Assembly: GCA_009602725.1 (NCBI GenBank)
Contig: WELB01000002.1
Location: 848,151-912,150, forward strand
Direction: 5' to 3'
DNA from: Spirogloea muscicola
Lineage: Eukaryota
DNA length: 64,000 nucleotides
Shown: piece by piece, positions 12,288 to 25,616 of the stretch
Position numbering within the stretch: the stretch's first letter is position 1
How the letters are laid out: every line of letters starts with the position of its first letter
The notes under the pieces: generated by a model
What the model saw: only the letters and a program-made list of their open reading frames with translations
Database searches by the model: none
Told to the model about the DNA's origin: nothing
Program-made: the position numbers and the translations under genes

Positions 12288-12578
12288 TGGTATGAGAGGA
12301 GTTCTTGCATCTAGCCAGTCACGTAAAAGGTTGTGTTTTACTGCTGACAGTGCAAGGATCCCTCTGTATGCAGGACGAATTTTTCTCTGTAAGCCTAGAA
12401 AACTTTCTAGTGAGTACGTGGAGCCGTCATTGGCGAAGCGGCAAGTGTGCCACCCTTCCGCCTTCGACATCCACGCTCCGGGTCTATAAGATGCTGAGTG
12501 GCTCTTCTTCCCGGCGGAAACCTTCATTGCCTGGTCAGTATTCGCCTGCGCAACCACCCGTGCCCGACGTGTAGCTAG
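12288..12578 (+). promoter_or_regulatory. PBS (tRNA-iMet type) and 5' leader of a further gypsy element
   Basis: tggtatgagag (1 mismatch to TGGTATCAGAG) directly after the LTR end; leader matches the minus-strand leader at 18570-18800. Confidence 0.85.
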
Positions 12579-15500
12579 TGTGACATCTCTGCATCTAATC
12601 ACACAGTTAGAGTCAGGGTGTCCTGGTTTGGATTCAAGCATAGGATGTTTTCGAGACAACCCTCATACAGGAGAACGCCAACGCACATACGCGCACAGAG
12701 TGCAGCGGAAGTCTTACCATGAGGCACCGCCCTTGGGCGGTGACTCTACCAATAGACTTACAGAGAGTCGGCCCGCAGCGATGAGCTGCGGCAACGGGCT
12801 GGCAGCAGGCGGCAGCAGCAGAGCTGTGGCGGCAGCGGCAGCAGCAGGCAGCAGCGGGTCTGGCTAGGCAGCAGCAGGGCTGTGCCTCTCTCGGGCGTTG
12901 GTCGGACTGAGGAGTCTGGCCAAGGCCTACTACTTATAGCGGTTCTCCTGCCACCCCTCCCCTGAGGGAGTGACGAGGGTCGCCCCCAGGGCCCTCCCTC
13001 GGAGGGGCGGGCCTGACAAGGGGACACCATGATTACAAGAGGCTGGCACACAGGGCCAGAGGCCTGTAGCACGAGTCCAAGGGACTAGCGCTAAGAGGCC
13101 GGCGCGCGAGTCCAAGGGACTGGCGCGCTGCACAGTGACTAGCGCCAAGGAGGTGGTGCGCCAGGCCAATAGACTGGCTCACGGGGCCAAGGGACTGAGG
13201 CCATGAGAACACAGGACCGAGGCCATGCGGCCATGAGGCCAAGAGAGCTGGCCACTCCGGCCAGCCCGCAGGGTACTGCTGAGGGAGAGCTGGCCCACCC
13301 GACCAGCTCGCAGGGCGCTGGCCTGAGGGAGAGCTGGCCCAGCCGGCCAGCCCGCAAGGCGCTGGCCTGAGGGAGAGCTCACCCACCCGGCCAGCTCGTA
13401 GGGCGTGAGCCCGAGGCGTGCGGACGGGGTACGGTGCCCGGGACCCTCGAACCGTACTTAGCTATACGGAGTGCAGCCAAGTTACCCGCACCGTTTGGGA
13501 CTCCAAATGGTATGTACGCTACGCTCTTGTAAGATTATCGCGCACCGTTAGCACTCTCAAACGGAGGAGACGTTACATACCTCCCCACTTAGGTGTTCAC
13601 GTCCTTGGGAACAAGGAGGGAGCACGACAGATACCCAGGGTGTTAAGCCTGGCGGGAAGGTTTTGGACGACGGAGAGAAGAGGCGTGGCCTCCCGTCAAA
13701 TACTGCTGGACGTGGGAAGGGCAATGGGCAAGATTGGCCGTTGGTTCCCAGGTATTGTGCTCAGGCCCAAAGCCGAGCCACTTGATGAGGTAGGTACTCA
13801 CGGGATTTACGACGCCAATGGAGATTGTCCCGGTGTGACAAAATCTCCTCCACTTGAAACTCCTCTGCGCCATCAAAAACGAGGGGAGGTGGGGGCGGTT
13901 GGACACGGCCATCCGTATGGTATGGCTCGAGTGGAGACACATGGAAAACGTTGTGAATTTTCCAATGTACCGGTGTATCAATCTCATATGCGATTTTGCC
14001 GACAAGGCGCATGACACGGAAAGGTCCAACCCACTTTGGTAGCAACTTAGGCGTACCAGCAGCCCGCAAGACTAAGTGCTTAGTGCTCAAGAGCACTTGG
14101 GCACCGACGTCGAAGGACACATGCCTGCGACGGCGATCAGCATACTGCTTTTGCCGGTTCTGAGCATTGTCAAGAATTGCTTAGCCGTCCGTTGAGCTGC
14201 CAGAAGAGTACTGGTGAAGCTTACAGCGGCCTGAACGCGCTCCGGCCTCCCCACCTGCAAAGGCGATCGAGGATGCTGACCATAATTCAGGAAGAAGGGT
14301 ATGCTTTTGTTAGAGTCATGAAAGGCATTGTTCACAGCAGACTCCGCTGGAGCAAGATACACATCCCAGTCAGTCTGACTGGGATGTGCCTTCCAAAACC
14401 CGATTCATCCGTTCGGTCTGACCGTCCGTCTGGGGGTGGAAAGCCGTGGACATGGATTGCTTCGTGCCGAGAAGCCTGCACACTTCCTTTCAGAAGTGAC
14501 CCGTGAAGCGAGGATCGCGGTCAGACACGATGCGCTCGGGTACTCCGTGCAGTTTCTATACGCGGTCCACAAGTATGCCAGCGAATTTCTGAGCGGATAC
14601 CCGTGTGGTGGTAGGTACAAAGTGCACCATTCTACTCAAACGATTTCCAAACACGACAATGGCGTCATAACCGTTGCGCGTCTTGGGCAACTGGTTGATG
14701 AAATCCACACTGACATCAGACCAGTTTCGCGGGGGAATAGCCAAAGGTTGGAGCAACCCGGCAGGCTTGTGAGAGCGTGCCTTACTACGCTGGCAGGTGG
14801 CACAAGTCTTCACAACAGACTATACGTAAATTGACAAGCGCGGCCACCAAAAGAGAAGCTGGATAGCTTTCTTTGTCTTTCCCATACCCAAATGACCACT
14901 GTACGGAGGCTCATGCATCTCTTGCATGATACTAGTGCGCAAGGCATTGCAGTTGGGCACCACAATGGCGTCACCTCGCCACCAGAAGCCTTGGTCATGT
15001 ACTACTGTGCGTGGTCTGGCTGCAGATGCAAACCAAGGGTCTGTGCCACACCCATCACGAATACGCACATACAGCAGAGAGGTTGGTGGTGCTCTGCGCT
15101 GCGGCCCCACGGGTAGGCCGCACGTCTGCAGTCTGAACCCTTGTGGCACACAAGACAGGCGCCACAGCAGCCCCTACAATGTTGCGGCTCACCGAGTCCG
15201 CCACATTGATACGTCCAGGGCGGTACAACCACTGGAATCGGAATTGTGCCATGCTCTCAGCCCACCGAGCTTGACGCCTGCTCAATTGCTGCTGTGTGTG
15301 AAAGTAGGTCAACGGCCAATGATCCGTTACGACTGTAAATTCGACACCGTCGAGATAGCATCTATTGCCACACACGGAGGGCGTGCACAACAGCAAGGAG
15401 CTCATGCTCACCCGTAGTATGATTTCGCTCTGCAGGACTGAGCAGGCGACTTTCGAATGCTACGGGATGACCCTCCTGCAGGAGAACGGCATCAATGCCG

Positions 15501-18500
15501 ATCAAAGAGGCGTCACATACGACTTCATATGGCACGCCTTCTCGAGGCAAAGCCAAAAGGGGTGGTGATACCAGGACCCTCTTATATCCTCAAACGCCTT
15601 CTGGCATTCGGACGTCCACCCCCATGGTACGTCCTTACGAGTGAGCTTCGTAAGAGGAGATGCCATGCTGCCATATTTTTTAAGGAATCTTCGGAAATAC
15701 TTTGTGAATCCCAAAAAAAGACGCGGTACAGTCCGCGGCACAGGCCAGTCCTTTACTACTACTGTCTTTTTGGTGACGACGCGCACCCCGTCTTTGCCCA
15801 CCACATGCCCTAAGTATGTTAATTCGGGCTGGTTGAATACACACTTGGAGGTTTTGGCATACAAATGACATTCGTACGTAGCAAATGCAGAATTTCCCGC
15901 AGGTGGCGTACATGATCCTCAGGCGATTTACTAAACAACAGTATGTCATCCAGATAGATCAGCACGAAGTCGTGCAAAGGGGGGCCAAAGACTTTCGTCA
16001 TCACTGCCTTAAAGGTGGCAGGTGTGTTGGTCAGACCAAAACTCAGCACCTTGAACTGGAAGTGTCCGACAGGCGTACGAAACGCTGATTTCGGAACGTC
16101 CTCAGGAGTGATACGAATTTGATGATACCCACTTTGCAAGTCGAGGGAGCTGAACACTTTAGCTTCCGCGAGACGATCGTAGAGATCATCGATACGAGGC
16201 AACGGGTGTCGGTTTTTGACAGTGAGCTTGTTGAGGGCTCGGTAATCGATGCACATCCGGAGACTACCCTCCTTCTACTCAATGAAGAGGATAGGTGCAC
16301 CATACGGGGACTGCGAGGGCTCAATGTGGCCTTTACGGAACAATTCCGTTCCTTGGGATTGCATCTCTCGAAATACGAGAGGACTCAGTCGATACATGGG
16401 ATGGTACGGCGGCACAGCGCCAGGCTCCAATGGAATTGTATGAGCCACGCCTCGATGGGGAGGCAATGCGTCTGGAAGTGCATCCGGGAACACATCCGAA
16501 TGCTCTGCCAACAACTTGTCAAGAGCCGGACTACGTGAGGTCACACGATACTCACATCAGAGAGGGGGGGACTCAGCATTTACAACACCCAAATATGTAG
16601 CCGAAGCTGGTTGCTTGCGAAGAAGCTTCTTCATCCGCACAGCTGAAAGCCGCAGAGAAGAGCCTTGCATGGGTGGTGGTACACAGGAATTGTCGACGTC
16701 GTGCAATTTAAAATGACGAGGACCACTGCGGCCGACACAAGTGCGCTGTTCAAAATCAAGCACGGACGCTGTGGCACAGAGCCAATCATCATCTAAGATC
16801 AGATCAAAGGCAGACGACAAATCAATAACTTGACACGACACAACCGTCCTGTAGCTTTGGATGCGAAGGGGCACTTTGCAAAGGCCCAAGACTTGAATAT
16901 TTTGACCATTGGCCATTGTAGCTTGCAATACATCAACGGGTTGCACAGGCAAGCAATTGTTACACACAAAAGTCTTACTAGCACAGGTACAGAAGCACCT
17001 GTGTTTATGAGGATCTGGGCTGGTTGACCAGCCGCTATGCCAGTAAATATCATACTTGGCGTCGAAGCACAAAATGCGACATCACCTGCCGAAGCAAGGA
17101 GGGATTCGCGTCCTACATAGATAAGAGGTTTCCTAGGTTATCCAGCAGCACCAGGTACGACGTGGGGATGGCCTGCTGTGTAGCGACAGAGCAAGGACAG
17201 GGCCGGTGGTGGTGGAGGATTCAATTATCGCCTGCATCGGACGATGAAAAACACAGGGTTGTTAGCCCCATGATAAGTCACCCAAATAAGATACATTTGA
17301 GCAGCTGATTGCACTTGGTTGCGGGGAACCCAGATAACAAGGAGGACACCATTCACCAAAGCTTGCACTAGCGCATGCAGGGAGCGTACTACGGGGACAG
17401 GAAAATGCGGACAAGCATGTCATACATGGTCAAGTAGCATTCGCGCATCATGCAATTGAGGACTCCACACGGGACTTAAGGAAAGGCACTCACGTTTGCC
17501 CTTGCCTTTACATTGCCCCTTGGGGCCAGTTGGAGCGGATTTGCCTGATGAGGGGTGCTTGGGAGCTTGGGTGCAATCACGGATGCGATGGCCCTTTTGG
17601 CCACACCGGTAGCAAGCGCGGTCCTCCTCGGGGACAAAGGCCGCGGGCTTGGTTGGGCGCCGTGGCCCCACATAGGGCTTGGCACTGGTGCTTGGCATAC
17701 TACTGGGGCGACGCTTCGAAGATGAAGGCGCAGCCGGGTCGACGACTTCTGCCAGGGGACGACTGCGGGGATACATGACGAAAGTGATGCGCGCCTGCTC
17801 AATCAAGCGGTCCAAATTGTCCACTGGCTGGAAGGTCGCAGCATCTAACTGGGCAAGAAGGGCCACGTGCTCGGGCAGCCCTGCCTTAAAAAATTATGGC
17901 ACTGGTCAGCGTTATCCATGGGCTTGGTGTTGAGTTTCGACAACAGCATGTGGAACCGCCACACATAATCTTTAAATTCGTTGTTTCTCATGCGAATGAC
18001 ATCGAGCTCGTTTCGCGTATTCAGCTCGGCGTGCACCTCGCCATACATGCTTGCCAACGATCTCACGTAGAAATCTCAATGGTTATACACTACGGGGGTG
18101 GATAATTTCTTCACGCTTTCCCAGCACTGGGCGGAATCGCCTGAGAGGTACGTGGCTGCGAGCCCGACACGTTGTTGTGCGCCGGTGCCTCACTGTATGA
18201 ACCACGCAGGAATCTCTGCAAGCCAAGCGGTTGAGGCCGCCGCGGAAGGACTGCCCACTGAATTTTGCTGGTGGGGCGGGCTTGGGCATGTACTGGAGTC
18301 CGGCGAATCCATACGTGACACCACACACTGATGGATCAAGTCAGATGCGGCAGACATATCGAGGATCATACTGGCAAGAAGCACATGCGTCATACCTCCA
18401 AATCACAAAGCTGTACGAGCAGCAAGAGGGAGGGACCAGGAGTGGACGAACCAACCAATTCCTGGCATACGGTCAGACTTGCCGCCCACCGGCGACCGGG

Positions 18501-19694
18501 TTCAGTTCCGTGCCGTACTGGCCGGCAATCCGCTGGACACAGGTGGTTTACGATGGTAAGTGCTGACCTGGCACGATAGTTTGTTGCCGGGACGAAGAGC
18601 CGCTTGGCATCTCGAGGGCCCCGGACGTGGATGTCGAAGGCGAGACGGTGGCATACGTGCCGCTTCGCCGATGACAGCTCCACGTCTACTCTGGAAAATT
18701 TTACTCAAAAGAGAAAATTTAGTCCAGAACACAGAGGGATCCATGCACTGTCAGCAGTAAAACACAACCTTTTACTGACTGGCTAGATGCAAGAACACCT
18801 CTGATACCAATGTGACATCTCTGCATCTTTCACACAGTTAGAGTCAGGGTTTGGATTCGAGCATAGGGTGTTTTGGAGACAACCCTCATACAGGAAAACG
18901 CCAACGCACATACGTGCACAGCGCGCAGCGGAAATCTTACCCTGAGGCACCCTAGGACGGTGACTCTACCAATAGACATACGGAGAGCCGGCAGGGCCCG
19001 CAGCGCTGAGCTGCGGCGACGGGCTGGCAGCAGGCGGCAGCAGCAGAGCTGTGGCGGCGGCGGCCGCAGCAGGCAGCAGCGGGGCTGGCTAGGCAGCAGC
19101 AGGGCTGTGTCTCTCTCGGGCGTTGGTCGGACTGAGGAGTCTGGCCAAGGCCTACTACCTATAGCGGTTCTCTTGCCACCCCTCCCCTGAGGGTGTGACG
19201 AGGGTCGTTCCCAGGGCCCTCCCTCGGAGGGGCGGGCCTGACAAGGGGACACGATGAATGCAAGAGGCTGGCACACAGGGCCAGAGGCCTGTAGCACGAG
19301 TCCAAGGGACTAGCGCCAAGAGGCCGGCGCGCGAGTCTAAGGGACTGGCGCGCTGCACAGTGACTAGCGCCAAGGAGGTGGCGCGCCAGGCCAATAGCCT
19401 GGCTCACTGGGCCAAGGGACCGAGGCTATGCGGCCATGAGGCCGAGAGAGCTGGCCAACCCGGCCAGCCCGCAAGGCGCTGGCCTGAGGGAAAGCTGACC
19501 CACCCGGCCAGCTCGCAGGGCGTGAGCCCGAGGCGTGCGGAAGGGGTACGGAGCCCGGGACCCTCGAACCGTACTTAGCTACACAGAGTGCAGCCAAGCT
19601 ACCCGCACTGTTTGGGACTCCAAACGGTAGATACGCTACGCTCATGTAAGGTTATCGCGCACCGTTAGCACTCTCAAACGGAGGAAACGTTATA
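12579..19694 (-). mobile_element. Near full-length, degenerate Ty3/gypsy chromovirus: 5' LTR 18811-19694, gag-PR-RT-RH-INT-chromodomain, 3' LTR 12579-13577
   Basis: PBS TGGTATCAGAG at 18799-18809; PPT at 13578-13591; [87 protein letters not shown]. Confidence 0.95.
13640..18390 (-). pseudogene. gag-pol of the chromovirus, with multiple frameshifts and stops
   Basis: Domain order PR-RT-RH-INT-CHD, split over many short ORFs. Confidence 0.9.
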
Positions 19695-20678
19695 ACACCG
19701 GTGCATGGCAAGTCCATAACGTCTTCCATGTGTCTCAACTTAGAGCCTTCCTTTCCGATGGCCGGGTCCAAACGCCCCCACGTCCACTAGTGATCCAGGA
19801 AGATCTTGAGTTTGAGGTGGAGGAAATCTTGTCTCACAGGGACAGTCTCCGAGAGCGTAAGACCCGTGAGTATCTGGTGAAGTGGCTCGTATATGGGCCT
19901 GAGCACAACAAGAGGGAGCCTGCGGCCTTCTTGGCAAAATGTCCAGATGCTCTCAGGAAATACCTGGCCAAGGGTGGTACTTCTTCTAGGCTTGGTCGAG
20001 GCAGCATCCGTCGGGCATCTAAATACCTGTCGGCTGTTTCTCGTTGTTCCCGAGGACGTGAACACCAGAGTGGGGACGTATGTAACGATGGAGTAGTTTG
20101 GTTAAGCCACACGGTGCTGTTAGCATTATATAACCGCTGGCCGTTTGACGGCAAGTGGCCCGCCAGGTGTCGGGCTGGCTGGCCCGGCAAGTGGGCCGCC
20201 AGGGGACGGGCCTCGCCCGTCCAAAAATACCCTCGCTAGGATCTACTCGTTCAAGGGAAGATCTCTGGCCCGCCGCAAGACAGGCCATGGGGCGACCCGC
20301 TCACACCCCTGGAAGGGGGGTGGCACGGGGGAAGAAGTACGAGCTTTGGGCTGAGACCCTACAGCACTTCGGACCGGTGAAGCCCAGGAGCAAGCAGCCA
20401 TGCCGCTGCTTGCCGCTGCAGCTGCCGCCGTACCCTGCTGCGGGGCTTGCTGCAGGTAGTAGTAGCCAGTAGTCCGTGGCTGCGCCCATCGCGGGACAGC
20501 CGCCGTTTTACGCCCAAGAGGTGGATTCGCCGCCGCACGGCGGTGCCACAGGGCCTGTCTTCCGCTGCGCCTATGCGCAAGTGCTTTGCCGTGTGATGGG
20601 TTGGTCCCTTATTCCCTTACATCCGAGCATAAGAAGGACGACTATGCTAATTGCGTATTAAGGGCGAGATTTTCTACA
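19695..20678 (+). mobile_element. Chromovirus 3' end: integrase tail and chromodomain, PPT, LTR family B (20081-20678)
   Basis: [27 protein letters not shown]; agagtggggacgta then TGTAAC; ends ..ttctaca. Confidence 0.9.
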
Positions 20679-22190
20679 TTACAGGTGACCTCCTGGAGGT
20701 GCAGCGGACGGCTAAGCGATTCTTGACAATTGCTCACAACCGGCAAAAGCGATATGCTGATCTACGTCGCAGGTATGTGTCCTTCGATGTGGGTGCCCTA
20801 GTGCTACTGAGCACTAAGCACCTAAGCCTGCGGGCTATGGGTACGCACAAGTTGCTGCCAACGTGGGTTGGTCCCTTTCATGTAATGCGCCTGGTCGGCA
20901 AGGTCGCATACGAGCTTGATACACCGGTTTTATGGCAACTCCTCGAGTCTCAGCTCGAGCCATACTACACGGATGGCCGTGTCCAATCGCCCCGACCTCC
21001 TCTCGTTCTTGACAACGCGGAAGAGTTTGGAGGAGACTTTGTCTCACCGGGCCACTCTCCTTGGGCGTCGTAAGTCCCGTGAGAACCTTTTCAAGTGGCT
21101 CGGCTATGGGGCTGATCACACTACATGGTACTCTGCAGTCAATGTTGCTATTTGTCCTTCACTCGTGCAGAAGTATCTGACAGCAGGCAATGCCGCTTAG
21201 CTTCGTCGTTCAGTATCTTCCCGCCGGGCTTGATGCCCATGGTTCGGACTTCTGTTGTCACGTTTGGACCTAAACAGGCAGGTTAGAGCCGAATGCGTCC
21301 TTATGGGATTGAGTGCTTGCGGATTTAGGGACAACCACCCGCCACGAGGAAGCACTCCGGCACAGCGGAAGACTTGCCCTGTGGTGCTGCCGCTAGGCAG
21401 CAGCTCCTCCTCCTGGGCACGCGCTGCAGACTCACCTCCCGCGGAGCGCCGCCAAAGTCTCCACAGCAGAGCCGGCAACGAGCCGCGCGCGGCAGCGGTC
21501 TGCAGCAGCAGGCAGCCGCTAGGCTGCGCCTCTCAGAGCTTCGCTGAGTCCCCGGCCGGAGGTCAGGTCTCTCTCTGCTCCGTGCAGTAGCAAGTAAGTG
21601 CTCCTCCGTGCCACCCTCCCTCCAGGGTGTGTGGGGTCGCCCCAAGGCTCGCCCGCGAGGAGCGTGCCTGACGAGGGAACCATGAGCTGTCCCCAGCAGG
21701 CGCCATGGCGCCAAGCATGGCCGCGGCGGGGCATGCCGCCAAGCATGGCAGTGGCGGGGCATGCCACCAGGCATGGCCGCGGCCGTACATGCCGCCGGGG
21801 GCGTCCGGACCCACACATGCCGCCGAGCATGTCTGACGGAGCATGACGGGAGCATTGCCAGGCCACCCGGACGAACCCGGACGGAATGACAACGGCACGA
21901 GTGCCAGGGCGGGTCATACCGTCGAACTGTATGAACGGCCAAAAGAACATCATGTAGGCGTTAACGACACCGTTAGGCGCTCAAAAACCGGGGAACGTTA
22001 CACCTGTAGTGCTCCCTCTTGTTCCCGAGGACGTGAACATCTAAGTGGGGAGGTATGTAACGTTCCCTCCTTTTTGTGTATGCTACCAGTGCCGGTAGCC
22101 TTACATGACAATATCGTAGATACAGTTGGAAGTCCCAAACGGCACTGGTAGCTTTGCTCCACTGTATAAAGCTCAGTACGGTTCGAGGCC
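20679..22190 (+). mobile_element. Another chromovirus 3' end (integrase C-terminus, chromodomain, PPT, truncated LTR from 22056)
   Basis: FDVGALVLLSTKHL..KLLPTWVGPF (GPF motif); PPT aagtggggaggta followed by TGTAAC at 22056. Confidence 0.85.
21256..22002 (-). mobile_element. Solo LTR (distinct family D) with near-perfect TSD TCTGT/CCTGT
   Basis: TGTCAC...GTTACA termini; flanks 21251-21255 and 22003-22007 match at 4 of 5 bases; internal repeats of about 30 bp (catgccgccaagcatggc). Confidence 0.8.
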
Positions 22191-22565
22191 TGTCATGAAT
22201 CGCGCCCTAGCCCGAGCTCGAGCCGGCGCCCCGCGCCCTAAGCCTAAATCCAGCCTAGTCAGCCCTAACCCTAATCTGGGCTCCTCTAGAGGGTTCCCGA
22301 GGGACCCCGGGCATGGGAACGTCCTCCTGCAACTTCTAGATCTTTACAGAGGCCCTAGTGAGGCAAGGCTATATAAGGAGGGGGGCCCCTCTTGGGCCCC
22401 CATCTCCAGCAATCTGTATCCTGCCTGCTCACCTCTCGAGCACTCTGTACTCTTGCCCCTCCAGTAATCCAAGACGCCTTGTGCATCGTGCTTCCAGTCT
22501 CTTGCTCCTCGCTCGCAGTCCAGCTCCGCGTCCTAAGGCCCCGGGCCTCCGCCCGCCGCCTTACA
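22191..22565 (+). mobile_element. Short LTR-like segment (family E), no TSD
   Basis: TGTCA...TTACA termini, TATATAA at about 22370; sits exactly between two element fragments. Confidence 0.6.
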
Positions 22566-25500
22566 GTACTGCAATTGCTGGGTGCAAATCGACCGTATGC
22601 CAAATATGAGTACAAAGCAACCGGAATATACATAGGACGTGTTGTGCACAAAGACGGGGTTCGCGTCAACCCCACCAAGTAACAAAGGACTGTACCAGTC
22701 AATGTGCCACGGAATACGCCACAGTTGCGTTCCTTCTTGGGATTCGCAAAACCACTTCCGTACGTTCCTGTGAGGGTACGGAAGTATGTAATCTCCTTTC
22801 ACGAAGCCCACTCGTAAGGACGTAAGCTGGGTGTGGACGTCCGAATGCCAGAGGGCATTCTAGGATATCAAAGGGGTCCTGGTGCATCCACCCATTTTGG
22901 CCTTGCCTCGAGAAGGCTTGCCATTTGAAAAAGTGACGCCTCTTTGATCGGCACTCGTGCCGTCCTCTTGCAGGAGGGTCCCCCCCCGTTCATTTGAAGG
23001 TAGCCTGCTTTGTCCTGCAGAGCGTAACTTCGCTACGGGAGAGCAAGAGCTCCTTGCTGTTGTGCACGCCATACGCATGTGGCGATGCAATCTCGAGGGT
23101 GTTGATTTTACGGTTGTAACGGATCATTGTCCATTGACCTGCTTTCACACACAACAGCGATTGAGCAGGCGTCAAGCACGGTGGCTTTAGTGCATGGCCA
23201 CATTCCGTTTCCAGTGATTGTACCGCTCTGGAAAATCAAATGTTGCGGAGTTGGTAAGCCGCAACGTTGCAGGGGCTGCTGTGGCGGCTGTCTTGCACGG
23301 TTCAAGGGTTCAGACCGCAGATGAGCGGCCTACTCGTGGAGCTGCTCGGGAGTCCACCGCCAACCTCTCTGAGCTGTATGAGCGTATTCGTGATGGGTAT
23401 GGCACAGACCCATGGTTTGCACGCACATAAGAAAATGACCAAGGCTTGTGGTGGCGAGGTGACGCCACCACAATGTAGTCCCTGACTGCAATGCCTTGCG
23501 CAGCAGTATCTTGCAAGAACTGCATGAGCCTCCGTACAGTGGTCATTTGGGTGTGGGAAAGACAAAGCGAGATGGTCCAGCTTCGCTTTTGGTGGCCGGA
23601 CTTAAAAGTCCAAGTTGATTCTACTGTGAAGACTTGTGCCACCGGCCAGCGCAGTACGGCACGCTCTCATAAGCCTGCCGGGTTGCTCCAACCGTTGGAA
23701 ATTTCTCCGAGGAACTGGTCTGATATAAGTGTGATTATATCATCCAGTTGCCGATGACGCGGGACGGACCATGACGCCATTGTCGTGTTTGTGATTCGTT
23801 TGACTAAAATGGCGCATTTTATGCCTACGACCACAAAGGTGTCAGCCAATAAATTTTGTGGTATATTGACCGAGTATGGAAGCTGCACGAAGTCCCCGAG
23901 CGGATCGTGTCTGACCGCGACCCCCGCGTTACGGGGCACTTCTGCTGGACAGAAGTGTGCAGGCTGATTGGCATCCAGCAATCCATGTACACGGCTTTCT
24001 ATCGCCAGACTGATGGTCAGACGGAATAATGAACCGGTTGTTGAAAGACATGTTACGGCATTTTGTAAACCCCAGCCAAAGCGACAGAAATGAGTATCTT
24101 GCTCCAGCGTAGTACGCCGTGAACAATGCCTTCCATGAGGCCACGAAAAACACACCTTTCTTTCTTACATCACGGTCAGCATCCCCGAGCACCTTACAGG
24201 TGGGGAAATCGGAACGTGTGCCGGCCGCAGTAACTTTTACCGGCAACCTCCTGGAAGCTCAGCGGAGGGCTAGGCAATGCTTGGATATTGCCCAGCAACG
24301 GCAAAAGCAGTATGCTGATCGACGTCGTCGAGATATATCTTTCGACGTGGGTGCTCAAGTGCTCCTAAGCAGAAAGCATCTCTCAATGCGGGCTGTCGGT
24401 ACGCCTAAATTGTTAGTAAAGTTGGTTGAACCCTTCATGTAGTGCGCCTGGTCGGCAAGGTCGCATATGAGCTGGATACTCCGTTACAATGGAAAGTCCA
24501 CAGTCTTCCATATGTCCCAGCTCGAGCCGTTCCATGCGGATGGTCGTGTCCAACCGCCCCCACCTCCCCTTGTTGTTGAGGATGAGGAAGAGTATGAGGT
24601 GGAGGAGATCTTGTCTCACCGCGACAATCTCCGTGGGCGACCTAAGTCCCGAGAGTCTCTTGTATATTGGTTAGGCTACGGGCCTGAACACACTACGTGA
24701 GACCTTCGGCCAATCTTGCCAATTGTCCGTCTGTTCTACGTAACGTATCTTCTTATGGGGCATGTCACCCCCTTGCGTCGTAGTATTGGACGCACCCGTT
24801 GAAAGTGCTATCTTCGGTTTGTCTCCTCTGTACCGTGTTCTTGTTCCCGAGGACGTGAACATCTAAGTGGGGAGGAATTTAACGGCCCCCCCCGTTTGAA
24901 GGAGCCAAACGGTCCCGGCAGACGGCTTCACAAGCGTCACGCGCTAGTCACGCGCACCACGCGCCAGTCACGCGCGGCACGCGCCAGTTCCCTGGACTTA
25001 CTATGCCATTCGTCAGGCTCACGTTACGCGCAGCCCGCAGTGCGTGCGGCACGCCCCCCCTGTATCCTCATTGTGCGGTCCGCTCTTCCAGGGGCCGGAC
25101 CTTGGGGCCTCCCCGCGCCAATCGTATCCCCATTGTGCGGGTCCGCTCCTCTGGGGGCCGGACCTTGGGGCTACCCTCGTCACATCCTCCGGGGAGGGGT
25201 GGCAGGTGGAACGCTACAAGTAGTAGGCCGAGGCAAGACTCTTCAGTCGGACCAGTGACGCCCAGAGAGAGGCATAGCCCTGCTTGCCTGCTGCCACAGC
25301 CGCCGCCCCAGCTCTGCGGCTGCCGTCGGCTGCCCAGCCTGTCGCCGCAGCCCGTCGCTGCGGACTTCGCCGGCTCTCCGTAAGTGCCACGGTTGCGCCC
25401 CATCTGGGGCCAGCTACTATTCCAGACCCTCTGCAGAGTCGCCGCCTTCTGGCGGCGCCTCAGGGTAAGACTTCCGCTGTGCTATTGATGCACTTAAGTA

Positions 25501-25616
25501 CACCGTGTAGGTTGGCGCTCCACTATGTAGGGGGGTAGCTCCAAAAACCCCCTGGGTCCGAACTCAATAAGGACGTACTAACCCCTAAGTGCGTGTATAG
25601 GGATCAGGACGTCACA
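22566..25616 (+). mobile_element. Chromovirus 3' half (RT end, RH, INT, chromodomain), PPT and LTR 24878-25616
   Basis: [41 protein letters not shown] at about 24866-24877; LTR ends gacgtcaca. Confidence 0.9.

Noticed and set aside
13255..13400. Repeat array as CRISPR
   Set aside because: Tandem LTR U3 subrepeats with no unique spacers and no cas genes; eukaryotic context.
17176..17493. Intron required to join gag to pol (distal acceptor ctacacag)
   Set aside because: It is in frame in one copy, but the intervening DNA shows synonymous conservation in the pol frame, so a continuous ORF explains it better.
18799..18809. tRNA gene
   Set aside because: Only the 11-nt primer-binding complement is present; no cloverleaf.
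22236..22275. Telomere-like ccctaa repeats
   Set aside because: Only about two perfect units, inside an LTR-like segment.
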